Part shown: piece by piece, positions 17,084 through 26,436 of the stretch
How the letters are laid out: each line of letters begins with the position of its first letter
Position numbering within the stretch: the stretch's first letter is position 1
NCBI GenBank assembly: GCA_964565265.1
Contig: CAZMEC010000002.1
Location: 1-48,454 of the forward strand
Reading direction: 5' to 3'
DNA: 48,454 nucleotides
Source of the DNA: an uncultured Myxococcales bacterium
GTDB lineage: Bacteria > Myxococcota_A > UBA9042 > CAIXZC01
The notes under the pieces: model-generated
Databases searched by the model: none
Seen by the model: the letters and a program-made list of their open reading frames with translations, nothing else
Told to the model about the DNA's origin: nothing
Position numbers and translations under genes: made by a program

Positions 17084-20000
17084 ATGAATCGCATCTGGTT
17101 GCTTTCACTGCTGTTGCTGGGGTGGATGTTCCCTGGGCAGGACCTTTCCGCTGAGCCCGTCAAGACGCTGGTGCACTACCAGGGTTACCTCACGGATCTT
17201 GAGGAGACCCCGGTTAGCGGCGAGTGGTCCCTGACCTTTGCATTCTTCGCTGAAGCGAGCGGCGGGACGGCCTTCTTCGTTGAAAGCCAGACCGTGGAGG
17301 CCCACGACGGCGTATTCTCCGTGTCCCTCGGGGCCAAGCCCAACCTCGCCATCAACCCGGCGAAGTTCCAGACGGGCGTGGTCTGGCTTGAGGTCTCCGT
17401 CTCGGGCGACCTGGGCGACAACATGGTGATGCAGCCCCGGCAGCGCGTGACCAGCCAGCCCTTTGCCATGTGGTCAGGCTTTGCCGAGACCTGCGGCAGC
17501 GCCACCAACGCCCTCAGCCTGGGGGGCAAGGCCGCAAGCGCCTTCGTGACCCTGGACTCCATTGGGGACCTGTGCCTGGGCACGGAGGACCTCAACGGGC
17601 TGCTGACTGCGGCGGGGTACCTGCCCGGCGCCCACTACACGGACGCTGATGCCCAGATCTACCTGAACTCCATCGGCGTGGTCCCCGGCAACGGCTATGG
17701 CGACGACGATGTGGGCGCCTACCTCCTGGCCAACGGCTACGAGCCCGGCCCCTACTTCAGCGGCCTGTGGCAGGACCTCCAGGGCGCCCCGGATGTCTCC
17801 CAGTATGTCACCACCGCCCAGCTCTCCACCTATGTGACTCCCGACAATGTGGATGAACTCCTGGCCGGCGATACGGTCAAGAATGCCATGGCCCAGAAGG
17901 GCGTCTTCCTTATGGCAGATGGCTCCGTGGCCGCCAAGGGCAACCTGGACTTTGCGGGCAACCAATTGCTGAACATGGTGGTTCAGAACAGCGCCGCCGA
18001 CAAGGCCCCCACCAATCCCCAGAAGGGCCAGCTCTGGTACGACAGCACGGGCAACTTCCTCAAGGTCTACGACGGTACCAAATGGTCCACCCTGGGCACC
18101 ATCGACAGCATCAACCTGAACTGTCAGGGCTGCGTGGATCCCCAGGATGTGTCCTTCAACTATGCCGCTTCTGCGGAAAAGGGCGGCCCCGCCCTGGCGG
18201 CCCTCTCCCTGGTTTGTGACGGTTGCGTCGACGCCCAGGATCTGGGCATCAACTGGGCCATGGCTTCCGGCCCTGGGGGCGAGGCCCTCTCTGCCCTGGA
18301 CCTGAACTGCGACGGCTGTGTCAGCCTGGGCAACCTTGCGGCGGAGGTCATGCGGGCCAGCAATGTGAAGTATGACAACTCGGGCAGCGGCCTGGCCGCC
18401 ACCACGATTCAGGGCGCCATCGATGTCCTGGCCAAACAGGGCCCCTCCAATGTCGTTGAAGGCAACGGCACTGTGGTTTCCCACATGGGCGACTGGTCCC
18501 TCAAGGCCTTCGCCAGCGGCACCATGTACATGCACCTGATGAACCCCGCGACCCCCAAGGTGATCGCCTATCTCTACGGCCTGGAAAGCATGGAGTTCAC
18601 CACCGCCGCGGACTCCGTGGTCACCAGCGACACGGGCCTCAATGACTACGGCCACAATGTCACCGGCACGGCTGGCCAGTCCAACCTCAATGTGGGCTCC
18701 AACGCCTCGGTGTTCGTGGCGGGCGATCGCATCCTGATCTACCAGCAGGTGGGCACGGGCAACAGCGCCACCAATGCCGGTCGGTGGGAACTGGGCGAGG
18801 TCAAGTCCGTCTCAGGCAACACCCTGACCCTGGCCGCCCCCCTCAAGAACAGCTACTTCGACAACGGCCCCACGGACGGCCAGGCCCAGGTGGTCAAGGC
18901 TGCCACCTACAACAGCCTGGAAGTCCAAAGCGGTGGCAACCTCCACCCCAAGTATTACCTGGAAGACGACGCCGACCGGGGCGGCATCATCTATATCCGC
19001 GCCAACACTGTCACCGTGAAGAACGGCGGCAAGATCCACGCCGACGGCTACGGCTACGAGTCCATCGACGCCAGCCAGCGCCCGGGTGACTCCGAGTGCT
19101 CGGCCAATCGCGGCAGCCAGCACGAGCCCGTCTGCTCGGGTGGCGGCGGCGGCTATCCCGACGGCACCTGTGGCGGCGGCGGCGGTGGCAACAAGACCGT
19201 GGGCAAGGACGCCTCCACCACCAGTTGCGGCCAGGCCAATATCGGCCTCGCCGGTCAGGCCAAGGGCGCCAACAATACCACGCTGCTCACCATGGGCGGC
19301 GCCGGTGGCACCTCCGGGCAGTCCTCCAACTCCAGCCGCATGGGCAATGGCGGCGGTCTGGTCGTCATTGGGGCCAAGACCATGACCGTGGAAGCGGGCG
19401 GCATTATCTCTTCCAACGGCAACAACGGCCAGTCCAACAACTGCGGCGCCGGCGCCGGCGGCACGGTGGCCCTGTTCGTGGACAAATTGACCAACGGCGG
19501 CACCATCCAGGCCATCGGCGGCAAGGGTCACAACACCCCCAATGGCGGCGGCGACGGCGGCGACGGCTGGGTCCTCAACAGCAACACCGTGGCTGGCATC
19601 GTGGAGACCGCGGTGCCCATGGGCGTCGAGATCTGGGTTGACGGCAACAATGTCACCAACGCCCTGGGCGACCCCAACGGCCGCAGCACCCCCCACTGGG
19701 ACGCCACCAACAAGAAGTGGGGCCAGACGGGCACCCTCGAGTGGAACTCCGGCCCCCTGGATCTGACCGCCGTTGCGGCCTGGGGCCTGGGCGAACACAA
19801 CATCCAGCTCAAGGAGACCGGCGGCGTGGGCGGTCTGGTCAAGATGTACACCTATGTGGTCTACCCCTTCACCAAGGCCCAGCCTCCCACCAACGACACC
19901 TGCGCCACCGCCACTACTCTCAATGTAATGGGCGGCCACCTGGTGGTCTCCGGCACCACGGAAGACCTCATGGGCAAGATCAAGGCCGCGGACGACCTGG

Positions 20001-20650
20001 TTCAGCCCTTCTGTGGCGGCGCCGGCGGTCCCGATGTGGTCTACAAGTTCGAGCTCACCGACTGGCGGCACCTCAAGTTCACCGTGAACGCGCCCTTCAC
20101 GCCGCGCCTCTACATCCGCAAGGACAACTGCACCACCGGCAAGATGGTGGCCTGCGGCTCGGGCAGCTTCGAACCTGACGACCTCAAGCCCGGCGTCTAC
20201 TATCTGGTCGTGGACAGCGACGGCAACTCCCTCAAGGGCAACTTCAACATCACCATCGACGCCACCGTTCCCGGCCCGCCCCCCAACGACACCTGCGCCA
20301 ACCCCGCCGAGTTGATCTTCAACGACGCCGGCAAGGCCGAGCGCTACGGCGTGAACCTGTTCTCCGTCAACGACTACTTCGCCGGCTGTGGCGGGGTCAC
20401 TGGTCTGGACAATGTGTTCAAGTTCACCATTCCCAACGGGGCCACGAAGTTCACCGTCAGCATCGCTGCGGACTTCAACCCGGTGATCATGGTGGCGAAC
20501 AACCTCTGCTCCACCAACTCCCTGGTTGGCTGCGTCGCAGGAAAGACCTATTCGCTGCAATACCCGAACCCAGGTGACTTCTACCTGTTCGTGGATGGCA
20601 AGACCGCAGCGGACAAGGGCGAGTACACCGTCACTGTCACCATTGAATGA
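17084..20650 (+). CDS. secreted 1188-aa protein: tail-fibre-like N-terminal half, Gly-rich beta-helix-like core, two PPC-like C-terminal domains (cassette 1, large gene)
   Basis: GGAGGA SD and a signal peptide (MNRIWLLSLLLLGWMFPGQDLSA). Tail-fibre-like motifs are present (LVHYQGYLTD..., KGQLWYDSTGNFLKVYDGTKW, YDNSGSGLAATTIQGAIDVLA). The core is Gly-rich (CSGGGGGYPDGTCGGGGGGNK...GGAGGTSG...GAGAGGTVALF...GGGDGGDGWV). Two PPxNDTCA-led domains each end in a GxY...I-type strand. Confidence 0.85.
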   Translation: MNRIWLLSLLLLGWMFPGQDLSAEPVKTLVHYQGYLTDLEETPVSGEWSLTFAFFAEASGGTAFFVESQTVEAHDGVFSVSLGAKPNLAINPAKFQTGVVWLEVSVSGDLGDNMVMQPRQRVTSQPFAMWSGFAETCGSATNALSLGGKAASAFVTLDSIGDLCLGTEDLNGLLTAAGYLPGAHYTDADAQIYLNSIGVVPGNGYGDDDVGAYLLANGYEPGPYFSGLWQDLQGAPDVSQYVTTAQLSTYVTPDNVDELLAGDTVKNAMAQKGVFLMADGSVAAKGNLDFAGNQLLNMVVQNSAADKAPTNPQKGQLWYDSTGNFLKVYDGTKWSTLGTIDSINLNCQGCVDPQDVSFNYAASAEKGGPALAALSLVCDGCVDAQDLGINWAMASGPGGEALSALDLNCDGCVSLGNLAAEVMRASNVKYDNSGSGLAATTIQGAIDVLAKQGPSNVVEGNGTVVSHMGDWSLKAFASGTMYMHLMNPATPKVIAYLYGLESMEFTTAADSVVTSDTGLNDYGHNVTGTAGQSNLNVGSNASVFVAGDRILIYQQVGTGNSATNAGRWELGEVKSVSGNTLTLAAPLKNSYFDNGPTDGQAQVVKAATYNSLEVQSGGNLHPKYYLEDDADRGGIIYIRANTVTVKNGGKIHADGYGYESIDASQRPGDSECSANRGSQHEPVCSGGGGGYPDGTCGGGGGGNKTVGKDASTTSCGQANIGLAGQAKGANNTTLLTMGGAGGTSGQSSNSSRMGNGGGLVVIGAKTMTVEAGGIISSNGNNGQSNNCGAGAGGTVALFVDKLTNGGTIQAIGGKGHNTPNGGGDGGDGWVLNSNTVAGIVETAVPMGVEIWVDGNNVTNALGDPNGRSTPHWDATNKKWGQTGTLEWNSGPLDLTAVAAWGLGEHNIQLKETGGVGGLVKMYTYVVYPFTKAQPPTNDTCATATTLNVMGGHLVVSGTTEDLMGKIKAADDLVQPFCGGAGGPDVVYKFELTDWRHLKFTVNAPFTPRLYIRKDNCTTGKMVACGSGSFEPDDLKPGVYYLVVDSDGNSLKGNFNITIDATVPGPPPNDTCANPAELIFNDAGKAERYGVNLFSVNDYFAGCGGVTGLDNVFKFTIPNGATKFTVSIAADFNPVIMVANNLCSTNSLVGCVAGKTYSLQYPNPGDFYLFVDGKTAADKGEYTVTVTIE

Positions 20651-20667
20651 AGCAGCAGGAGTTGAAA

Positions 20668-21657
20668 ATGAGCCCTCATCTGAAACTTGCGCTTCTGTCC
20701 TCCCTGCTGCTGGCCCTCGGGGCCTGCGGCGGAGGCACGGACCAGCCCCTGGGCCAGGACGGCGGGGTGGACACGATTGACGCCGTGGATGTCCCCGATC
20801 CGGAGACAACCACCGACCTGGACACCCAGGACCCCAAGGATGAACTCGACGGCGAGGTCGATGTTGAACTCAATGGCGAGTGCAACAAGCACGAGGACTG
20901 CGTGGGCGGCTACTGCATCGAGTTCCCTCCCGGCGGCGGCAGCAACATCTGCGTCATCCCCTGCCCCGAAGAGTGCCCCACGGGTAGTAGCTGCAAGCTG
21001 GTCTACATTGACGGTGGCTCGCCGGTCTCGGTTTGCATCCCCGACGCGGCCCAGCCCCAGTGCACCATCTGCAACAAGGATGCCGAGTGCGTCTACGCCG
21101 GGGCCCGCTGCGTCAAGGGCAATGCCCCCTACGGCTACTGCGTCAGCCCCTGCACGGGCGAAACTGACTCCTCCTGCGTCGCCGGCCATGAATGCCGTCT
21201 GGCCCCCGTCGAACTCAACGACGGCCTCTTCTACTGCCAGCCCAAGGCCCAGTCCTGCTGCGTCAACGGCGCCCTCTCCGGCTGTGACGACGACAACCCT
21301 TGCACCGAGGAATACTGCGGCCCGGCCCTGGGCTGCCTGCACCGCCCCCAGGAGGGCGAATGCACCGGCCCCAACCCCTGCATGGCCTACAGTTGCCTGG
21401 AGGGCGAGTGCCTGGGCTGGCCCATCACGGACGATCCGACCTTTGACGGTGTGGACGATGACTGCGACGGCTCCACCGACGAAGATGTGTGGCGGCAGCT
21501 CAAGATCCTGCATCACAACTACGGCTCTGGGGCTGGCTGGATGACTGGCCCCGGGATGAAGCTCTGGGGTGTGGTCAACGCCCCTGGCTACCACGGCGTC
21601 ATCAAGGATTTCAACAGCGGATTGATGCTGCGGCCCGGCATGCCGCTGAACCCCTGA
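20668..21657 (+). CDS. Cys-rich lipoprotein, paralog of 15926-17047 (cassette 2, small gene)
   Basis: The ATG at 20668 has AGGAG 6 nt upstream, with lipobox MSPHLKLALLSSLLLALGAC. An alternative ATG at 20647 overlaps the preceding stop (ATGA). It shows the same Cys pattern, CDDDNPCTEEYC, FDGVDDDCDGSTDED and the conserved tail NAPGYHG...PGMPL. Confidence 0.8.
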   Translation: MSPHLKLALLSSLLLALGACGGGTDQPLGQDGGVDTIDAVDVPDPETTTDLDTQDPKDELDGEVDVELNGECNKHEDCVGGYCIEFPPGGGSNICVIPCPEECPTGSSCKLVYIDGGSPVSVCIPDAAQPQCTICNKDAECVYAGARCVKGNAPYGYCVSPCTGETDSSCVAGHECRLAPVELNDGLFYCQPKAQSCCVNGALSGCDDDNPCTEEYCGPALGCLHRPQEGECTGPNPCMAYSCLEGECLGWPITDDPTFDGVDDDCDGSTDEDVWRQLKILHHNYGSGAGWMTGPGMKLWGVVNAPGYHGVIKDFNSGLMLRPGMPLNP

Positions 21658-21680
21658 GCGGTACCCCCAAGGAGGCCCAA

Positions 21681-24600
21681 ATGAACCTGCACAGACTGGC
21701 GTTGATGCTCACCGCGCTGTCCCTTCTGGCTGCGGCACCAAGGCAGGCCCTGGCAGCGGTGCCCGCCCTTATTCACTACGATGGCATGCTGGAGGATGCC
21801 TCCGGTACCCCCATCTCGGAGCAACGCACCATCACCTTCTCCATTTTTGATGTGGCCACGGGTGGAACCGCCTTGTTCAAGGAGTCCAAGCCGGTCACCC
21901 CGGTGGCGGGCGTGTTCTCGGTGGTGCTGGGTACCCAGCCCGGCAATTCGCTTGCCGCCGACCTGTCCGACGGCCGGGATCTCTGGCTGGAGATCAAGGT
22001 CCAGAAGTCCGGCGAGAGCGCGGTGACCCTTACCCCCCGCCTGGCTTTGGCCCGAAATCCCATGACGACCCTGGCCCGCACCGCCACCAAGGGCAACGAC
22101 ACTCTTGACGCCACCGCCATTGACGGCGTCCCTGCTGCCAACCTGATCTCCAGCGACAACCTTCAGGGCAACTACCTCACTGACAGCAACTTCGGCGAGC
22201 TCATGACCACCCTGGGTTACCTTCCAGGGGCAGAGTACAGCGACGCCCGCCTCCAGCAGTTCTTGGACTCCACCGGCGTGGTCCCCCACCCCAACTACAC
22301 CCATGCCACCCTCGGCACTTACCTTGGCGCCTCCGGCTACGAGCCGGGCCCCTATTTCAGCGGTCAGTACGAAGACCTCCAGAACAAGCCGGACCTGACC
22401 CCCTACGCCAAGAACCAGGCCCTGGTGGGGTTGGCTCAGGACACCGATTTGGTGCCCCTGGTCACCGACGATGCCACCATCGCCCAGCTCAAGGCCGCCG
22501 GGATCTTCCTGCTGGCGGACGGCACGGTGGCCCTCAGCGGCAGCCTGGACCTGGCCAACCATCAGGTAATCCGGGCCGTGGTGCACCGCACCGCCGCTGC
22601 CGCAGCCCCCGCCTCTCCCAAGAAGGGGCAGCTCTGGTACAACAGCACCAACAACTCCTTGAACCTTTACACCGGCGCTGTCTGGCGCACCCTTGGGGCC
22701 GTGGACGCCACCGACATTCAGTGCAACAAGTGCGTGTCCCCTGAAAACCTGGGCTTCGGCTTCGCCACCTCCGTGGCAGCCGGAGGCGTGGCCAGCCAGA
22801 CCTCCGATGTGGTCTGCGACGGCTGCATCACCCAAAAAGAGCTGGACCTCTCCTACGCCGAGGGCGAGTTCCCCGGTGGCCCGGCCCTGCTGGCCCAGGA
22901 TCTCAACTGCGTGGGCTGTCTGGCCACGGCGCAGCTTGATCCCATCGATTTTGGCGCCCACTCTTTGGAGTTCGACTCCACGGCCTCCGGGCTGGCTGCG
23001 GCCACCATGCAGGAGGCCTTGGATCAGATGGCCCTGGTCGGCCCCGGCGGCATCCAGGAAGGCAACGGCGCCACCATGGCCTACACCGGCGACTGGCAGG
23101 CCCGGGCCTCCTCCACCCAGACCCAGTTCCTGCACCTCTTCAACCCCGGCACCCCCAAGGTCATCACCTACCTGTATGGCGTGGACTCGCCCAGCACCAA
23201 CAACGCGGTGGACGCCACCATCAGCGGGGACACTGCGCCCAACCAGTACGCCTACAATGTGACGGGCTCCTCCGGGCAGACCTCCATGACGGTCTCTTCC
23301 AATGTGGGCATCCTGAAGGCCAACGATCACATCCTCATCTACCAGACGGTGGGCATCAACACCTCTGCCACCAATGCCGGCAACTTTGAACTGAACCAGA
23401 TCAAGTCCGTCAGCGGCAACACGGTCACGCTGTTCAGGGCCCTCAAGAACAACTACTCTGACAACGGCCCCACCAACGGCCAGACCCAGGTGGTGCCCGC
23501 CGCCGCCTACAAGAAACTGACGATGAACAACGGCGGCGCCATCCGCCCCTCTTCCTACCTGACCTCGGACGCGGACTACGGCGGCATCGTCTATGTCCGG
23601 GCCGACGAGATCATCATGAATAGCGGCTCGGCCATCCACGCCGACGGCTACGGCTTTGACGGCTACGACTCGAACAACTATCGCGGCGACTCCGAGTGTC
23701 GGGCCGACCAAAGCAGCGAGCGCGTGGCCAACTGCTCGGGCGGTGGCGGTGGCTGCTGCGATACCTACTGCGGCGGCGGCGGCGGCGGCAACAAGACCGC
23801 CGGCAAGGATTCCTCCTCCACCAACTGCAACTCCTCCTACATGGGCCGGGGCGGCACGGCCAAGGGCAACGACACCCCCACCATCCTGACCATCGGTGGC
23901 GCCGGCGGTGGCTCGTACCAGTCCTACAACAGCGGCACCAACGGCAACGGTGGCGGCCTCGTGGTCATCGGCGCCAAGAAGATCACCGTGAACAGCGGCG
24001 CCCGCATCTCGGCCAACGGCAACGCGGCCCAGAACGCCTACTGTGGCGGCGGCGCCGGCGGCACCGTGGCGGTCTTTGCGGCGAATATCACCAACAACGG
24101 CACGACTCAGGCCACCGGAGGAGCGGGTCACAAGAGTGGCGGCTACTTCGGCGGCGACGGCGGCGACGGCTGGGTGCACCTCAAGACCCCCATCACCGGG
24201 GCCATCGACAGCTCAGTGCCCAAGGGCGTGGTCCTGAAGATTGACGGAACCGACATGACCGCCCTCCTGGGGGACCCCAACGGCAAGGGCAGCCCGAATT
24301 GGGACTCCACCCTCAAGAAGTGGGGCAAGGACGGCGTCACCGGCTGGAGCAGCGGCCCCCTGGACCTCTCCAGCCTCATCACCTGGGGCCTGGGCGAACA
24401 CCGCCTTGACCTGGTTGAGACCGGGGGCATCGGGGGTCGCCTCAAGGCCTACACCTACATCATCTACCCCTTCAGCAAGGCCACCGTGCCGGCCAACAAT
24501 ACCTGCACCTCGCCCCAGGAACTGGATGTCATGGCGGGCTCCCTCAGTGTCTCCGGCACCACCGAGGACACCATGGGCAAGATCCGCGCCACAGACAACA

Positions 24601-25247
24601 ACTCCCAGCCTGGCTGCGGCGGCGCCGGGGGCCCCGACACGGTGTACAAGTTCACCCTCACGGACTGGAGAACCGTCAAGATCAACACGGCTGCGCCCTT
24701 CACTCCCAAGGTCTACCTGCGCAAGGACGACTGCCAGACGGGCCAGGCTGTGGGCTGCGGCGGCGCCGCCCTGTCCGCCGACCTCAAGTCCGGCACCTAT
24801 TACCTGTTCATGGATTCGGACGACGCGGCCCAGCGCGGCAACTACAACATCTCCATCACCGCCACCGCCCCGGCCCCGCCCCCGAACGACACCTGCGCCT
24901 CACCCCAGCTCATGAGCTTCGACGCCAACGGCGTGGCAGAAGCCTACGGGGTGACCCTCTTCTCCACCAACGCCTTCACCGCCTGCAACGGCGAGCAGGG
25001 CCTGGACAATGTGTTCCAGTTCACCGTGCCGGCCGGCACCCTCAAGGTGACCTACGACCTCACCACCACCTTCAACCCCATCCTGTCCTTCAAGCGTGAC
25101 GCCTGCACCAACGCCCCCTATAGCTGCGCGCCCACCAAGCACTTCGAATACGACTACCCCACCCCGGGCGTCCAGTTCGTAGTGGTGGACGGCAAGACCG
25201 CCGCCGACAAGGGCGAGTACACCCTGAAGATCACCCTCACCAAGTAG
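21681..25247 (+). CDS. secreted 1188-aa paralog of 17084-20650 (cassette 2, large gene)
   Basis: The ATG at 21681 has AAGGAGG upstream, and the longer ORF from 21489 overlaps the previous gene. It has a signal peptide (MNLHRLALMLTALSLLAAAPRQALA). It is collinear with the cassette 1 protein along its whole length and identical in length. Confidence 0.85.
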   Translation: MNLHRLALMLTALSLLAAAPRQALAAVPALIHYDGMLEDASGTPISEQRTITFSIFDVATGGTALFKESKPVTPVAGVFSVVLGTQPGNSLAADLSDGRDLWLEIKVQKSGESAVTLTPRLALARNPMTTLARTATKGNDTLDATAIDGVPAANLISSDNLQGNYLTDSNFGELMTTLGYLPGAEYSDARLQQFLDSTGVVPHPNYTHATLGTYLGASGYEPGPYFSGQYEDLQNKPDLTPYAKNQALVGLAQDTDLVPLVTDDATIAQLKAAGIFLLADGTVALSGSLDLANHQVIRAVVHRTAAAAAPASPKKGQLWYNSTNNSLNLYTGAVWRTLGAVDATDIQCNKCVSPENLGFGFATSVAAGGVASQTSDVVCDGCITQKELDLSYAEGEFPGGPALLAQDLNCVGCLATAQLDPIDFGAHSLEFDSTASGLAAATMQEALDQMALVGPGGIQEGNGATMAYTGDWQARASSTQTQFLHLFNPGTPKVITYLYGVDSPSTNNAVDATISGDTAPNQYAYNVTGSSGQTSMTVSSNVGILKANDHILIYQTVGINTSATNAGNFELNQIKSVSGNTVTLFRALKNNYSDNGPTNGQTQVVPAAAYKKLTMNNGGAIRPSSYLTSDADYGGIVYVRADEIIMNSGSAIHADGYGFDGYDSNNYRGDSECRADQSSERVANCSGGGGGCCDTYCGGGGGGNKTAGKDSSSTNCNSSYMGRGGTAKGNDTPTILTIGGAGGGSYQSYNSGTNGNGGGLVVIGAKKITVNSGARISANGNAAQNAYCGGGAGGTVAVFAANITNNGTTQATGGAGHKSGGYFGGDGGDGWVHLKTPITGAIDSSVPKGVVLKIDGTDMTALLGDPNGKGSPNWDSTLKKWGKDGVTGWSSGPLDLSSLITWGLGEHRLDLVETGGIGGRLKAYTYIIYPFSKATVPANNTCTSPQELDVMAGSLSVSGTTEDTMGKIRATDNNSQPGCGGAGGPDTVYKFTLTDWRTVKINTAAPFTPKVYLRKDDCQTGQAVGCGGAALSADLKSGTYYLFMDSDDAAQRGNYNISITATAPAPPPNDTCASPQLMSFDANGVAEAYGVTLFSTNAFTACNGEQGLDNVFQFTVPAGTLKVTYDLTTTFNPILSFKRDACTNAPYSCAPTKHFEYDYPTPGVQFVVVDGKTAADKGEYTLKITLTK

Positions 25248-25371
25248 ACGCCCCCCTGTGGGGTCAGGACCTTACACATTACACTCGCCTTCCCACCACC
25301 GGCCGGTCCCGGTCCCAAGCTTTTCCCAGGGCCGGGCCGGGGGTAGCGCCCGGGCCCTTTGGAGTCTCGCA

Positions 25372-25621
25372 CAAACCTGCCCTCCGAAGGGAGCGCGGAG
25401 GAAGCCCCATCCTGGCGAACGCCAGGCTATGGGGCTGTCCGGAGAGCGAGCGACCGGAGGAGGGCCAGCAAAGGGTAGTGATAGGTGATAGGTCCTGCCA
25501 CCTACGCAAACCTGCCCTCCGAAGGGAGCGCGGAGGAAGCCCCATCCTGGCGAACGCCAGGCTATGGGGCTGTCCGGAGAGCGAGCGACCGGAGGAGGGC
25601 CAGCAAAGGGTAGTGATAGGT
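25372..25621. repeat. two identical 115-nt copies of a structured element in tandem (period 135 nt)
   Basis: Copies at 25372-25486 and 25507-25621 are identical by direct comparison. They are separated by 20 nt that begin with a partial GATAGGT re-duplication. Each copy contains the hairpins CCTCCG-N9-CGGAGG, CCCCATCCTGGCG-AA-CGCCAGGCTATGGGG and TCCGG-N11-CCGGA. The pair lies in the convergent gap between 25247 (+) and 25630 (-). Confidence 0.85.
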
Positions 25622-25629
25622 TCTGACCC

Positions 25630-26436
25630 CTACAGGTCCACCTGCTCGATGGAACCGAAGCCCTCGCCCCAGAACCGGGCGCCGACCTTGCCGAAGGACT
25701 CGGGGCTGTCGGTGACGAAGCAACGAATGCTGCCCGCCCCACCTGAGGGACGGCGCTTGATGAGGCCGGCATTGATCAGCCGCTCCAACTCGTCGGCCAC
25801 TGCGGAGGCGCTGTCCACCAACTCCACCCCCAGCCCCCGCCCTCTTGTGATCTGGGCGATGTCGGCCTTGAACAGGGGATAGTGGGTGCAGCCCAGCACC
25901 AGGGAATCAACGCCCGCGGCCAGCACGGGCGCCAGATAGCGTTCCAGGACGAGGCGGGCCACCTCGGTGCCCATCCAGCCCTCCTCCGCCAGGGGCACCA
26001 GCAGGGGCGATACGGCGCTGGTCACCACGGCCTCGGGCCGCAGCCTGCGGATGGCCTGCTCGTAGGCGCCGCTGTTGATGGTGACGGGCTGGCCGATGAC
26101 CCCGATGCGCCCGCTGGGACTTCGGCGCACCGCTGTGGCCGCGCCAGGCTCGATGACCCCCAGCACCGGCACGGCCACCATGCCGGCGATGTTGGGCAGG
26201 GCCATGGAGGAGACTGTGTTGCAGGCCACCACCAGCGTCTTCAGGGGGAAGCGGGCCAGGAAGGCCGTGCAGCGAACGGCGTAGGATCGCACGGTCTCTG
26301 GGGACTTGCTGCCGTAGGGAAGCCGGGCCGTGTCCCCCAGGTAGACGAAGTCCTCGGAGGGAAAGCGGCTGGCCAGTTCGCGGGCCACGGTGAGGCCCCC
26401 AATGCCCGAGTCAAACACCCCGATGACACCGTTCAT
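25630..26436 (-). CDS. murI: glutamate racemase
   Basis: 268 aa with [11 protein letters not shown] and VVACNT motifs and the second catalytic-Cys region LVLGCTHYP. Its ATG overlaps the upstream stop (ATGA). Confidence 0.9.
   Translation of the reverse strand: MNGVIGVFDSGIGGLTVARELASRFPSEDFVYLGDTARLPYGSKSPETVRSYAVRCTAFLARFPLKTLVVACNTVSSMALPNIAGMVAVPVLGVIEPGAATAVRRSPSGRIGVIGQPVTINSGAYEQAIRRLRPEAVVTSAVSPLLVPLAEEGWMGTEVARLVLERYLAPVLAAGVDSLVLGCTHYPLFKADIAQITRGRGLGVELVDSASAVADELERLINAGLIKRRPSGGAGSIRCFVTDSPESFGKVGARFWGEGFGSIEQVDL

Noticed and set aside
18812-24179. Minus-strand ORFs 18812-20809 (665 aa) and 21588-24179 (863 aa) antisense to the two 1188-aa genes
   Set aside because: Shadow frames (Gly/Ala/Val/Asp-rich) that span gene boundaries. 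They have no start context or motifs.
25372-25621. Tandem glycine riboswitch or c-di-GMP (GEMM-I) riboswitch, prompted by CCGAAGGGAGC, GGAGAG and GCAAACC strings and the tandem layout
   Set aside because: The order of the conserved strings is wrong for a glycine aptamer, and other conserved elements such as the CUCAGG-type 3' segment are missing. There is also no downstream gene to regulate, because the elements sit between convergent 3' ends.
25258-25772. ORFs 25258-25488 (+), 25272-25772 (-) and 25279-25545 (-) across the 115-nt tandem repeat
   Set aside because: Their internally repeated peptides simply mirror the DNA repeat. There is no start context, and the region lies between two convergent gene ends.
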